A DNA stretch of 64,000 nucleotides from contig NC_043023.1 in NCBI RefSeq assembly GCF_006345805.1, forward strand, positions 1,364,001-1,428,000, read 5' to 3'. The notes under the pieces were generated by a model, which searched no databases, was not told where the DNA came from, and saw only the letters and a list, made by a program, of their open reading frames with translations. How positions within the stretch are numbered: position 1 is the first letter of the stretch; each line of letters starts with the position of its first letter. This DNA comes from Octopus sinensis (taxonomy: Eukaryota). Below, in pieces: positions 12,883 to 24,167 of the stretch. The position numbers and the translations under genes were made by a program.

Positions 12883-13200
12883 TGTGTGGTAAGTAGCTTG
12901 CTTACCAGCCACATGGTTCCAGGTTCAGTCCCACTGCGTGGCATCTTGGGCAAGTGTCTTCTGCTATAGCCTCGGGCCGAACAAAGTCTTGTGAGTGGAT
13001 TTGGTAGACGGAAACTGAAAGAAGCCCACCATATATATATATATATATATATTGTGTGGTAAGTAGCTTGCTAACCAGCCACATGGTTCCAGGTTCAGTC
13101 CCACTGCGTGGTATCTTGGGCAAGTGTCTTCTGCTATAGCCCTGGGCCGACCAAAGTCTTGTGAGTGGATTTGGTAGATGGAAACTGAAAGAAGCCCACC

Positions 13201-13231
<31 letters not shown>

Positions 13232-13618
13232 GTGGTAAGTAGCTTGCTTACCAGCCACATGGTTCCGGGTTCAGTCCCACTGCGTGGCATCTTGGGCAAG
13301 TGTCTTCAGCTATAGCACCGGGCCGACCAAAGTCTTGTGAGTGGATTTGGGAGACGGAAACTGAAAGAAGCCCGTCGTATATATATATATATATGTGTGT
13401 GTGTTTGTGTGTCTGTGTTTGTCTCCCTAGCATTGCTTGACAACCGATGCTGGTGTGTTTACGTCCCGTCACTTAGCGGTTCAGCAAAAGAGACCGATAG
13501 AATAAGTACTGGGCTTACAAAGAATAAGTCCCGGGGTCGATTTGCTCGACTAAAGGCGGTGCTCCAGCATGGTCACAGTCAAATGACTGAAACAAGTGAA
13601 AGATTAAAAGAGAGAGTA
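12659..13618 (+). mobile_element. SINE-A with its 5' half tandemly repeated four times
   Basis: tgtgtggtaagtagcttgct...gaaagaagccc at about 12674, 12883, 13053, 13229, separated by (AT)n; only the last continues into the 3' half. Confidence 0.9.
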
Positions 13619-13641
13619 TATATATATCATCATCTGGAACA

Positions 13642-13782
13642 TGTGTGTAAGCTTGCTTCCCAACCCCATGATCACAGGTTCAGTCCCACTACACGGCAAC
13701 TTGCGACTTCTACTATAGCCTCGGGCTGACTACAGCCTTCTGAGTGGATTTTGTAGACAGAAACTGAAAGAAGTCTTGGTAC
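13642..13782 (+). mobile_element. SINE-A 5' half, decayed
   Basis: Similarity to the window consensus. Confidence 0.7.
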
Positions 13783-13956
13783 GTGTGTGTGTGTGTTCAA
13801 ATTTTCTCAACCATTTCTGATGTGCCTCACACTCCAAATCTCTCATTGTCTCTAACCTCCTCTCCACAATTTTTGAACCTCTTCAATCAGCGTCAAAGTT
13901 AATCCAGAAGTATTCTGGAGTATTCTATAAGTTTCCATATACACACACACATATAT

Positions 13957-14019
<63 letters not shown>

Positions 14020-14020
<1 letters not shown>

Positions 14021-14409
14021 CTATATATATCAAGCTGAAGTTGTCTGTGTATGGCAGGTTTGGTAGCCTTCAACTAACACTATCTCCTCCGAGACCCCAC
14101 AGTGCAAGTTGATTAAAATTGAGAGTATGATAGAAGAAGGATTGCTCTTCCTTCCATTGAAGAAAAAATTCAAATCGGATCATGTTAACACCAAAAATTA
14201 TTTACATCAAAAAGGTGCTTTTTTTCTATGAAAATCCCTATTTTTTACGATTTTTTGACTGCTGTGTCGCCATTTTTCGATGTATTTCAACCAGAAAAAT
14301 GTTCACTTAAAGAGAATAACAAGCTACATAATGCAAAATTTTTACTTTTCAAAAATTTCAATTCCAAAGGATTGAAACAAACCCAAGCAACGCCGGGTGA
14401 TACTGCTAG
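14020..14409 (+). mobile_element. Non-autonomous Helitron (about 390 bp)
   Basis: 5' A|TC, 3' GC-rich subterminal hairpin (accc..gcaacgccgggt) then CTAG|T, no TSD; three copies in the window. Confidence 0.8.
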
Positions 14410-14426
14410 TTTATATATATATATTC

Positions 14427-14752
14427 TGAGACTGGCTTCAGTCACAACAAAGATTGCACCTAGAAAGTTACCCTTCCAGCCACAAGTCCAGGCAAGGTTG
14501 TCTATGAAAGACCAGCAGTCGTCCATGCATACCGGCCTCCCCTCTCCATGCCACCACTGTTATCCAAGGGAAAGGCAAAGGGGCTGATACAGCTTGGCAC
14601 CAGTGACATTGCAACTCATTTCTAGAGCTGAGTGAACTGGAGTAATGTGAGATAAAGTGTCTTGCTCAAGAACACAACACAGCCCGGTCCAGGATTCGAG
14701 CTCACAACCTCATGAGCGTAAGCTCGACGCTCTAACCACTGAACCATGCGCC

Positions 14753-14757
<5 letters not shown>
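14427..14757 (-). mobile_element. SINE-C full copy
   Basis: Head gaaggcgcatggttcagtggttagagcgtcgagc...gagctcgaatcc on minus. Confidence 0.88.
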
Positions 14758-14800
<43 letters not shown>

Positions 14801-15224
14801 TATATGTAATGTTGCTTGCAACCCCATAAATTATTCAGTAGCATTCAACAAATGTTGAAATGAATTTTAGTCAGAGACGAAGAGTAAGGACGAAGTGAGA
14901 ACAGAGTTTAATGAAAACTTTATTGAAAAAAGATGGAGCACAGGAAAGTTGTGTAATATATTTGCTCTATGCAAACACACACACACATATATATACCTAT
15001 ATATACACAACGGTTAAGGAATGGAGAAGATCCATATACACACACATATTTATACACATATATATATATAATACATATATATATACATGTATATACATAT
15101 GTATACACACATACATACATACATATATATATACATATATATATATATATACATATATATATACATATATATGCATATATATATACATATATATATACAT
15201 ATATATATATACATATATATATAC

Positions 15225-15274
<50 letters not shown>

Positions 15275-15392
15275 GTGCAGATGTGTGCATATATGAATGC
15301 ATGTGTATGTCTATCTGCGTGTCTGTGTTTGTGTGTATATTTGTAATAAATATTTATGAAAATCTGTCAAATCCTTTTGCACAGTGTATTGC

Positions 15393-15423
<31 letters not shown>

Positions 15424-15425
15424 CA
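14758..15425. repeat. (AT)/(AC)/(ATAC) and (AAC)n microsatellites
   Basis: Direct reading. Confidence 0.9.
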
Positions 15426-15512
15426 AAAATATTGTTATAATAAATAGATTTATAAATTTTTTAGATAGAAAATTTCATAAACCGAATACACATGGCTACG
15501 CAAAAAATATAT

Positions 15513-15722
15513 CTCTTCTTGTCTTGTTTTAGTTTCCGTCACTGGATAGTGGCCATGCTGGAGCACAGCATTGGAGAGTTTGGTCAAACGAATGAACCCG
15601 AGTATTTGTGTTTTTTCTGGAGTGTGGTACTTATGATTTTGTCTCGTTCTGCTGAATTGTTAAGTCATGGGAATGTAAACAAACCAACACCACTTGTCAA
15701 GCAGTGGTGGAGCACAAACACA
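15513..15722 (-). mobile_element. SINE-A 3' half
   Basis: gtggccatgctggagcac motif in reverse. Confidence 0.75.
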
Positions 15723-15749
15723 CACACACACATATATATACACACCTCT

Positions 15750-15875
15750 TCTGTATCTGTGGAGTGGTTGGTGTTAGGAAGGGTATCCAGTCGTAGAATG
15801 CCAGCCAGAACAGACACAGTAGCCTTGGGTAGTTTTTCTACCTTGCTGGCCCCTGTCAACCATCACAGGCCAACA
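15750..15875 (+). mobile_element. RTE-type 3' tail fragment
   Basis: gagtggttggtgttaggaagggtatccag. Confidence 0.65.
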
Positions 15876-15883
15876 GGTATTTA

Positions 15884-15942
15884 GGACCTGATGATATGCC
15901 ATAAAGCCAAACCCTTTATGGACGGGAAACCTCAGGTAATCC
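15884..15942 (+). ncRNA. Decayed type-I hammerhead ribozyme motif
   Basis: GGAC-CTGATGA-..CCATAAAG/CTTTATGG..-GAAA-CCTCAGG-TA-ATCC; proximal stem II is mismatched. Confidence 0.5.
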
Positions 15943-16005
15943 CATAAACTGGCCTTCCCATTTTTAATGTATGTATGTATGTATGTATGTATGTAGAAAC
16001 CATAC

Positions 16006-16462
16006 CACATTGAAACTCCAACGTCTGGCAGCTGATGTGGCAGACACCCATAAAATTATTAACCATCTTACAAACAATAACTCTGAGCACCTTTTCAAAC
16101 TCCACCTGTCTAACATCCATGGACATATTTACAAAGTCAGAAAACAGCACAGCTCCTTCCATGACTTTCGAAAACATTTTTTCACGCTGAGAGTTGCTGA
16201 AGCATGGAACAAACTGCCGGCATCAGTTGTTAGTTGTCGGAGCACTATATCCTTCAAAACTTCCATGCTTCCTGAGATTTGCCAACACTACACCTGATTT
16301 TCTCCCCTCCATACACAAGCAAGCATCTATCTGACTCATACACTGTTCACTTCCCAGACATTTGTACATTACTGCATGTTCTTTAGAAACACTTGTGACA
16401 AGTTGTGGTGCACCTGAGCACTGTATACAATAATTTCATTATTATTATTATTATATTATTAT
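16006..16462 (+). mobile_element. CR1-clade LINE 3' end (RT C-terminus + 3'UTR + (ATT)n)
   Basis: TLKLQRLAAD...HGHIYK...RKHFFTLRVAEAWNKLPASVV; matches 26700-27154. Confidence 0.88.
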
Positions 16463-16708
16463 AACAGACAATTGGAGTCCAGACAGCTGCTTGGTTGGTC
16501 AGTCCTATGTCAAAAATGTTCATCCACGGCAGCATGGAGAATGGACATTAAATGATGATGATGATTTATAAGAATGATATGACATGGATGGAGGATATCA
16601 GGCTTTAATCATAGATCACAACATTTGTTTCTGCACCATACATCTGCTCTATGTTGCTGAGTTTATATTCTGACACCATTATAGGAGATTATTCTTTATC
16701 ATATAATT

Positions 16709-16945
16709 AATGTCTGCAAGAGAGGTATGATGTCAATAGATCTGGATGTCCTGATATGGGAAGAGGCTGAAAATGATTGCCGAATCTGGAGACAAGTACT
16801 ACACAGGGGGATTGAGTGAGGGGAAGAGAAATCAGAACTTTCCACCAAGGGTAAACACACCAAGGAAAAGTAAGTAGCAGTCTCTCCATGCATGACTTCC
16901 ACTTATGTGTGGGTCTCTGCAACCAGAGCAAATGCTGCATCACCA
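16709..16945 (+). mobile_element. RTE-clade LINE RT C-terminal fragment, decayed
   Basis: NVCKRGMMSIDLDVLIWEEAENDCRIWRQVLHRG resembles the RTE motif KDVCKRD..ID...WE..A.DR..WR. Confidence 0.6.
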
Positions 16946-16974
16946 TCAGCAGCTGACACAAAATTCTCCAGGCA

Positions 16975-17185
16975 CAGATCTGACTGCGGCTATGCTGGGG
17001 CACTACCTTGAAGGGGTTAAGGGGAACAAATCAACCCCAGGACTTACTTTATATATATATATATATTTTCTTTTAAAGTCTGGTACTTATTCTATTGGTC
17101 TCTTTTGCTGAATTGCCAAGTTACAGGGACGTAAACACACCAACACCAGTTGTCAAGTAGTGATGGGGGGATACATAAATACACA
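16975..17185 (-). mobile_element. SINE-A 3' half
   Basis: Similarity to the window consensus. Confidence 0.75.
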
Positions 17186-17211
17186 AAAACACAATACACA
17201 TACAGAGAGAC

Positions 17212-17652
17212 AGGCATAGGAGTGGCTGTGTGGTAAGTAGCTTGCTTACCAACCACATAGTCCCGGGTTCTGTTCCACCGCGTGGGGCACCTTGGGCAAG
17301 TGTCTTCTACTATAGCCTCGGGCTGACCAAAGCCTTGTGAGTGGATTTGGTAGACGGAAACTGAAAGAACCCCGTTGTATATATGTATATATATATATAT
17401 ATATGAGTGTGTGTGTGTATATGTTTGTGTGTTTGTGTTTGTGTGTCTGTGTTTGTCCCCTCCACCATTGCTTGACAACCAATGCAGGTATGTTTACGTC
17501 CCTGTAACTTAGCTGTTCGGCAAAAGAGACCGATAGAATAAGTACTAGGCTTACAAAGAATAAGTCCTGGGGTTGCTTTGCTCGACTAAAGGCGGTGCTC
17601 CAGCATGGCCACAGTCAAATGACTGAAACAAGTAAAAAGGAGTAAAAGAGTA
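17212..17652 (+). mobile_element. SINE-A full copy (tRNA head, internal (TA)(TG) tract, agtaaaag tail)
   Basis: A-box tggctgtgtggtaag, B-box-like gggttctgttcc; more than 20 copies or fragments in the window. Confidence 0.88.
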
Positions 17653-18266
17653 AAACTATAAAAATTCATGTAATTTATCCAGGTGGTTTTCAGGATAAAA
17701 TTTGTTAAAAAAAGCTTCTCCTCATGTAACCTTTACACCCAAAAGTTTTCAGATTTGTCGACATGTCCAGGGGAAAAAGGTTTTCAATTTAGTTGTATTT
17801 AGCATAATTTCACTTACTTATGATTAGATTTTATTAAATTTGCATGAAATAAAAATAATTTCTGTTTAACAGGTATCACATTAAAAGCTATTAAATTACA
17901 AAGTGTTTGCGTTGTTTATAATAATACGACCCGGACTGCAATTACCAGTATGAACGTCAGACTTCAAAAAATACTTAACCATTTAAGGGTTTTTAGTAAA
18001 TTTATACAGAAAATGTAAGCATTATACTACCCCCACATACATAAAAGTCAACTTTATTATATTTAAACCCTTATTTTTTTCTGTAAAAACCTATCCTGAC
18101 ATTAAATGAGTCAACTTCCGGTACAGATGTTTACATTTTGTACGTCTTTTCAACAAAAAAAATTCTAAACAATTCTGGAAACGATCTACTCATGTACTTT
18201 ACATACCCCTAAAGTTTACTATTTTTTTTTCAAAACGAAAAATGCATAAATTACATCGGTTTTAAA

Positions 18267-18275
<9 letters not shown>
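17653..18275. mobile_element. Possible MITE or DNA-transposon relic
   Basis: Weak terminal inverted similarity (aaaa..catgtaatttat versus ataaattacatcggttttaaagt). Confidence 0.3.
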
Positions 18276-18299
<24 letters not shown>

Positions 18300-18301
<2 letters not shown>

Positions 18302-18572
18302 GGAGTAAACACATAAATGTGAAACAAGGTGGAAAAAAGAGTACTCCAATACCAGGGGTATTGCTTTATTTCAAAGCAGCAGAAATTCAACAAAACCTGT
18401 TACTCTGAGGTTCACGTTCCCGTTCGTCGGACAGTTTTTGGAATCGAACTCAGAATCTTGGGGGTTAGTAGCCTGCGCTCTTAACCATTACGCCATAAGC
18501 CCGTGGTCTTATCCGTCGAATGTAAATAATGCTAATAATGTACATAATTCCTCATCTCTTAAATATAGAACT
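18300..18572 (-). mobile_element. tRNA-headed, hammerhead-containing element (Penelope-associated or retrozyme-like) with inverted tail
   Basis: A-box TGGCGTAATGG (18481-18494) and B-box GAGTTCGATTCC (18440-18451) directly upstream of a hammerhead on minus; tail 18505-18572 shared with 21231-21298. Confidence 0.65.
18397..18434 (-). ncRNA. Type-I hammerhead motif (C4 core variant)
   Basis: CTGT-CCGACGA-ACG GGAA CGT-GAAC-CTCAGAG-TA-ACAG. Confidence 0.6.
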
Positions 18573-18621
18573 ATATATATAGTTAATTAATATATATTAT
18601 ATATATCTGTCAATGTAAAAA

Positions 18622-18659
18622 CTGTCCGACGAATGGGAACGTGAAACTCAGAGTAACAC
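18622..18659 (+). ncRNA. Type-I hammerhead motif (C4 core variant), inverted copy of the previous one
   Basis: CTGT-CCGACGA-ATG GGAA CGT-GAAA-CTCAGAG-TA-ACAC. Confidence 0.62.
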
Positions 18660-18717
18660 GTTTTGTTAAATTTCTGCTGCTTTGAAATAAAGTATGTGTA
18701 TATATATATATATATAT

Positions 18718-18872
18718 ATGACAGGCTTCTTTCAGTTTCTATCAACCAAATTCACTCACAAGGCTTTCGTTGGCCCAAGGCTATAATAGATGACAGTTGC
18801 CCAAAGTGCCACGCAGTGGGACTGAACCGAGAACCATGTGGTTGGGAAGCAAGTTCCTTACCATAACTGCCA
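18718..18872 (-). mobile_element. SINE-A 5' half
   Basis: Similarity to the window consensus. Confidence 0.78.
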
Positions 18873-19139
18873 CGATCTGCAGTTATAGATGAATATTTTT
18901 CAGCAGCAGGCGTGAATGGGCACTTCACCGGGTGGAATATATACATATATATTTATCATTAGTTAGATGTCCTTAAGTCAGAAAAAAAATCCACCCGATA
19001 TTAAAAATAGAGTGGTTATATTTTTATATCACTGAGGACTATATTACAGGCTATGGTACATAACTTGTCAGAATTTTACTGTCTGTTTCATGCAGATTAT
19101 TGCACTTGGCAATATTGATGGCTCTTCAGACATGCTATG

Positions 19140-19405
19140 CACTTATCTATCTATCTATCTGCATATCTCTCTATCTACCTATCTATCCATTACTCCATCT
19201 ATCTTTTTATCTCTCCTTCCATCCATCTATCTATCTATCTGTTTACCTATCTGTCTATCTATTTATCTATCTATATCTATCTATCTATCCAATAATCTAT
19301 TTATCTCTCTTTTTATCCATCTTTCCATCTATTATCTATCTATCTATCAAACTATCTATCTGCCTATCTATCCAATCTATCTATCAATCTACATACCTAT
19401 TTATC

Positions 19406-19439
<34 letters not shown>

Positions 19440-19526
19440 CGTGTGTGTATCTATCCAATCATTTGTGTATCTATATCTATGTATCTAGCCATCTAAAAAG
19501 CTCTCTATCTCTCTCTAACTATTTGC

Positions 19527-19559
<33 letters not shown>

Positions 19560-19730
19560 ATCTATCTATCTTTCTTTCTGCCTGTCTATCCTATAGTCTG
19601 TGTATCTATGTCTATGTATCTAGCCATCTAAAAATCTCTCTCTCTCTATCTATCTGTCTATCTAACAGTCTATGTATCTATATCTATGTATTCAGCAATC
19701 CAATAATCTATCTACCTATCTCTCAATAGA
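19140..19730 (+). repeat. (CTAT)n degenerate microsatellite
   Basis: Direct reading. Confidence 0.92.
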
Positions 19731-20091
19731 AATAAACCCACACACACATACATTCATTCATACATATTTCAAACCTGCATATCTGTATATATACAGCCAT
19801 GCATACGCATAAGCATATCTACATAACTACATAACTACATACAAGCAAGAGCATATACATATGTACATATATGCATACACACACACATACGCACATCCAC
19901 ACACACACACACACACACAAACATACAAACATCCACACACACATATATACACACACTGCGACTGATTTGAACCTTCTGAAAAAACTTGAATAAAACTCAT
20001 AGAAAAACATACACACATACATATATACCTGCAGAATCTTGCTCTACCTCTGTATTGAGCACTCTTTCTCATACAAACTTCATCACCCACT

Positions 20092-20125
<34 letters not shown>

Positions 20126-20507
20126 TACACACACGAATATACTAAGGCTGTGTACATTTATATTTCCCACCCTCATGTATACTCAAATACAGTAGGACAT
20201 TTCGTTGTGGCAGTAACTGTCGCAGGGAAGATATTTACTGCGATGTTCTCTGCATATATCTTCTTGAATGTGGCCAGAGAGAGAACTTCTCCTGTCCGTT
20301 GTTGTCATTTGTTGCCAAAGAATGAAGTATCTAAACAACAGCTGCCCAACAAATTCAGATGGATGAAATATCTTCTCTGAGACCATTATTCTGGTGCCGA
20401 AGCTTTTCTACAATTCAATCTACAAGAGTCTGGTAAATATATATGTACACGGTTTTACGGTAATTGAATCTACACAATCTGATTGAATTAAGATATAGGT
20501 AGAACAG

Positions 20508-20682
20508 GTGTAGGTGTGACTGTGGTAAGAAGCTTCCCAACCAGGTGGCTCTGGGTTCAGTCCCACTGCATGGCACCTTGGCCTAGTGTCTTCTACTATA
20601 GCTTTGGGCCAACTTAAACCTTGTGATTGAATTTGGGAGATGGAAACTGAGAGAAGCCTGCAATAGAGATCTACACACATGC

Positions 20683-20716
<34 letters not shown>

Positions 20717-20917
20717 CATACATATATACATATATACATAAAAAGTAAAAAGTGGGAACATTATGGAAGTATCTTTTATTATTTTTCATTTCCACTTGTT
20801 TCAGTAATTAGACTGTGGCCATGCTGGGGCACTACCTTGAATTTTAGTCTAATGAATTGACCCCAGTACTTCTTTAAGCCTAGTACTTATTCTATCAGTC
20901 TCTTTTGTTGAACGGCT
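20508..20917. mobile_element. SINE-A 5' half (+, 20508-20665) and 3' half (-, 20790-20917)
   Basis: Similarity to the window consensus. Confidence 0.72.
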
Positions 20918-21009
20918 ACGACACACATACATAGGCATATACATATATAAACATAAATACATACATACACAGGCACACACACATATATATGTACATTATT
21001 TACATACGA

Positions 21010-21298
21010 CTGATATCTGTTTGTTGTTAACACAACGTTTCGGCTGATATACCCTCCAGCCTTCTTCAGGTGTCTTCGGGAAATTTCAAACCTGGGTTCT
21101 CATTCCTAATGTAGTTTTTGATGTTATTATTATTATTATTACTGTTATTGTTCAGATCACTGCTTAGAATCGAACTCAGAATCTTGGGGTTAGTAGCCCG
21201 CGCTCTTAACCAATATGCCATATGCCCGTAGTCTTATCCGTCGACTGTAAATAATGTAAATAATGCACATAATTCCTCATCTCTTAAATATAGAACTA
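21010..21298 (-). mobile_element. tRNA-headed, hammerhead-containing SINE-like element with inverted tail
   Basis: A-box TGGCATATTGG, B-box GAGTTCGATTC (21167-21177), (AAT)n linker, then a hammerhead. Confidence 0.7.
21029..21074 (-). ncRNA. Minimal type-I hammerhead ribozyme, canonical core
   Basis: GACAC-CTGAAGA-A-GGCTG GAGGGTATAT CAGCC-GAAA-CG-TT-GTGTT; stems I and II pair fully (one G-U). Confidence 0.75.
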
Positions 21299-21330
21299 TA
21301 TATATATATATACATGAAGGAGGACAAAAT

Positions 21331-21381
21331 TTTGTTAGTGAACAGGTCCCAGTCCCAAAGCGATGAAAATATTTTGACAAA
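21331..21381 (+). ncRNA. Hammerhead-like motif with G3:C8 core variant
   Basis: TTTGTTA-GTGAACA-G-GTCCC..GCGAT-GAAA-ATAT-TT-TGACAAA; stem II is mutated in this copy. Confidence 0.55.
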
Positions 21382-21479
21382 TTAAATTTAAATGTTGAAG
21401 TGAATCTATCGGTTTTGTGTGTTTCTTAGATGGCTTATAAACACCTTCCACACTGCAATTGTTTATATATACATATATG

Positions 21480-21635
21480 TGATGGACTTCTTTTAGTTTC
21501 TATTTACCAAATCCACACATAATGCTTTGGTTGGCCAGAGGCAATAGTAGAAGACACTTGCCCAAGGTACCACACAGTGAGATTGAACCCAGAACCATGT
21601 GGTTGGGAAGCGAATTCTTACCACACAACCACGTC
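21480..21635 (-). mobile_element. SINE-A 5' half
   Basis: Similarity to the window consensus. Confidence 0.75.
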
Positions 21636-21712
21636 TGCACTTATGCTCAAAGATTTTCAAAATATTTTTCCCTTTAATCAGGCAGGTTACATTAATTGAG
21701 CTTTATAAAGTA

Positions 21713-22089
21713 CTAGCAGTATCGCCCGGCATTGCTCAGGTTTGTTTCGACCCTTTAGAATTAGAATTTTTGAAAAGTAAAAATTTTGCATTATGTAGCT
21801 TGTTATTCTCTTTAAGTGAACATTTTTCTGTTTCAAATACACCGAAAAATGTCGACACAGCAGTCAAAAAATCGTAAAAAGTAGGGATTTTCATAGAGAA
21901 AAAGCACCTTTTTGATGTAAATAATTTTTGGTTTTAACATGGTCCAATTTGAATTTTATCTTCTACGGAATGAAGAGCAAGCCTTCAATTTTGGTCAACT
22001 TGCGCTGCAGGGTCTTGGAGGAGATAGTGTTAGTTAAAGGCTACCAAACCTGCCACACACAGACAACTTCAGCTTGATATATATATAGA
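21713..22089 (-). mobile_element. Non-autonomous Helitron
   Basis: Reverse complement of 14020-14409 with A|TC and CTAG|T ends. Confidence 0.8.
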
Positions 22090-22384
22090 TTACCGGTTTG
22101 TGTGTGTATGTCTATCTTTACAAATAATAAGAATTACAAGTCTAGGATTAGGAAATAAGAAAAAATTAAGAAATGATTATTAAAAATTAGAAATTAAAAC
22201 TGTTTGGTCTCATATTGTGTTTAGTTAAGAGGATGTCTGATATTTTGTTGGAAAGTTCCTTCTCATATATGTTGGTTATTTAGGGGCTTGGTTATTTAGG
22301 GGCAGTTTGATAGGACCCCATGCAACAGAAAGATTTGGAATCTCCTTACAGGAAGCTAACTCACTGGGATCGGGCAGTCCAATA

Positions 22385-22770
22385 TCAATACACACACACA
22401 TATTTATATACACACATATATACACATATATATATATATACATGCAAACACACATATACACACATATATATCATATACATTCACACACACATATACACAC
22501 ATACACTCACATATATACATATATACACACGCACACACACACATATACACATACATAAATATATATACATATGCACATATATACATATCTATATATGTAT
22601 ATACACACATATATATATTTATATATGTGTACACATATATACATATATACATACATATATACATAAATAGACAAACAAATATGTACCTTTATATATCTAT
22701 GTACACACATATATACATATATATGCATACACACAATATACATATACATATAAATACACACAATATACAT

Positions 22771-22801
<31 letters not shown>

Positions 22802-22895
22802 CATATATACATATACACACAATATACATATATACATACAATACATACAATATACATATACATACACAAACAAGCATACATGGAACTGTACACAT
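22385..22895. repeat. (CA)/(TA) compound microsatellite
   Basis: Direct reading. Confidence 0.92.
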
Positions 22896-23056
22896 TTGAT
22901 GGCTATTGATTTATCCTCTGACTGGTTCCAAATCTACCATCTGCAACCAACCAGAACATTTCCATTTTTTTCATTTTTTAACACAAAGTTTTCTCTCAAT
23001 TCTACGTTTAAGCCCCAGAGATTGTAATTTTGGAATAAAAAAGTTGGGTTCAGATT

Positions 23057-23150
23057 TGGGGTTAGGGTAAGGTTTAGGGCTAGGGTTTCTTGTAAAGGTT
23101 TAGGGTAAGGGTTTACAGTTAAGGTTTGGAATTAAGATTTAGGGTTACAG
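23057..23150 (+). repeat. Degenerate TTAGGG-like interstitial repeat
   Basis: ggggttagggtaaggtttagggctaggg...ttagggtaaggg...ttagggtt. Confidence 0.55.
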
Positions 23151-23266
23151 TTAAACAGAGAAAGGGAAAGTAAAAAAGATTGAATTAGCGGTGTGCATGT
23201 GTGTGTGTGTGCGTGTATGTTTGTATGTGTGTGTGTGTATATGTTTGTATGTGTGTGTGTGTGTAT

Positions 23267-23298
<32 letters not shown>

Positions 23299-23312
23299 TT
23301 CTCTTTCTATCA

Positions 23313-23347
<35 letters not shown>

Positions 23348-23860
23348 CATATATATATTTCTATACATGTTTATGTACATATATATATATATTCAAGTAT
23401 GTATAAGCATATATACACATTTTTATGCATATATCTATACATGTATAAACATATATATATATATATATATATGCATGGATAAATAAAATATATATATGTG
23501 TGTGTGTATCAATATATATATACATATAAACTTATTACCAACACGCACACACAGAGACTCTCTCAAACATACATACAGGCACACACACACACACCAATTT
23601 TTTGTCCATAGATGTGTTCTGCAATATCTATAAAATGAACAATATGGAAAAAAAAATGTTCAAAAAGCATGAAAAAAAACCATGTAAATTTCTCAGGGAG
23701 AACACGTTTATTGCTTAGCTCTGCTACGTTCTATCTTTCATATATATATATATATAATTAATCAATATAGGGTGGTGAAAAAAATTTTGTAGAATTCTTT
23801 TTGCCACCAGCGGCCTAGTGGGAAAAAATTAAATAGTCATAGACCATTTTTAAGTTCAAC

Positions 23861-24167
23861 ATCAACAATCAAGGAACGGCCATAATAGGCCATTCACCCA
23901 CTAGAAATAACAGCCAAAGCTTCAACCGACTTGGCTATTTCTTGCTGAAGAATCTGAGGGCCTATGGAAGATTGGCTTGATTTAATTTAATCAGGTTAGT
24001 TTACCATTAAACAGCAGACGAAACGGTGCATCGTACAAGAAATTACAGGGTAAATGTTTTTTTAAATTTTCTCCTGTTTACGGAATTGATCTTTATTTGC
24101 GGTTGAAGCTTTGGCTGTTATTTCTAGTGGGTGAATGGCCTATTATGGCCGTTCCTTGATTGTTGAT
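23861..24167. repeat. Perfect 68-bp inverted repeat (23861-23928 / 24100-24167) with a 171-bp spacer
   Basis: Base-by-base comparison found no mismatch. Confidence 0.95.
23937..24043 (+). ncRNA. Type-I hammerhead ribozyme with extended stem II
   Basis: ATTTCTTG-CTGAAGA-ATCTG..58 nt..CAGAC-GAAA-CGGTGCATCG-TA-CAAGAAAT; 8-bp perfect stem I, GUA triplet. Confidence 0.75.

Noticed and set aside
14700-14757. tRNA genes at SINE heads (also 21160-21228, 51940-52008)
   Set aside because: A/B boxes are present but the acceptor stem does not close, and they continue into SINE bodies
23057-23150. True telomere or chromosome-fusion scar
   Set aside because: Short, highly degenerate and single orientation; more likely part of a dispersed repeat
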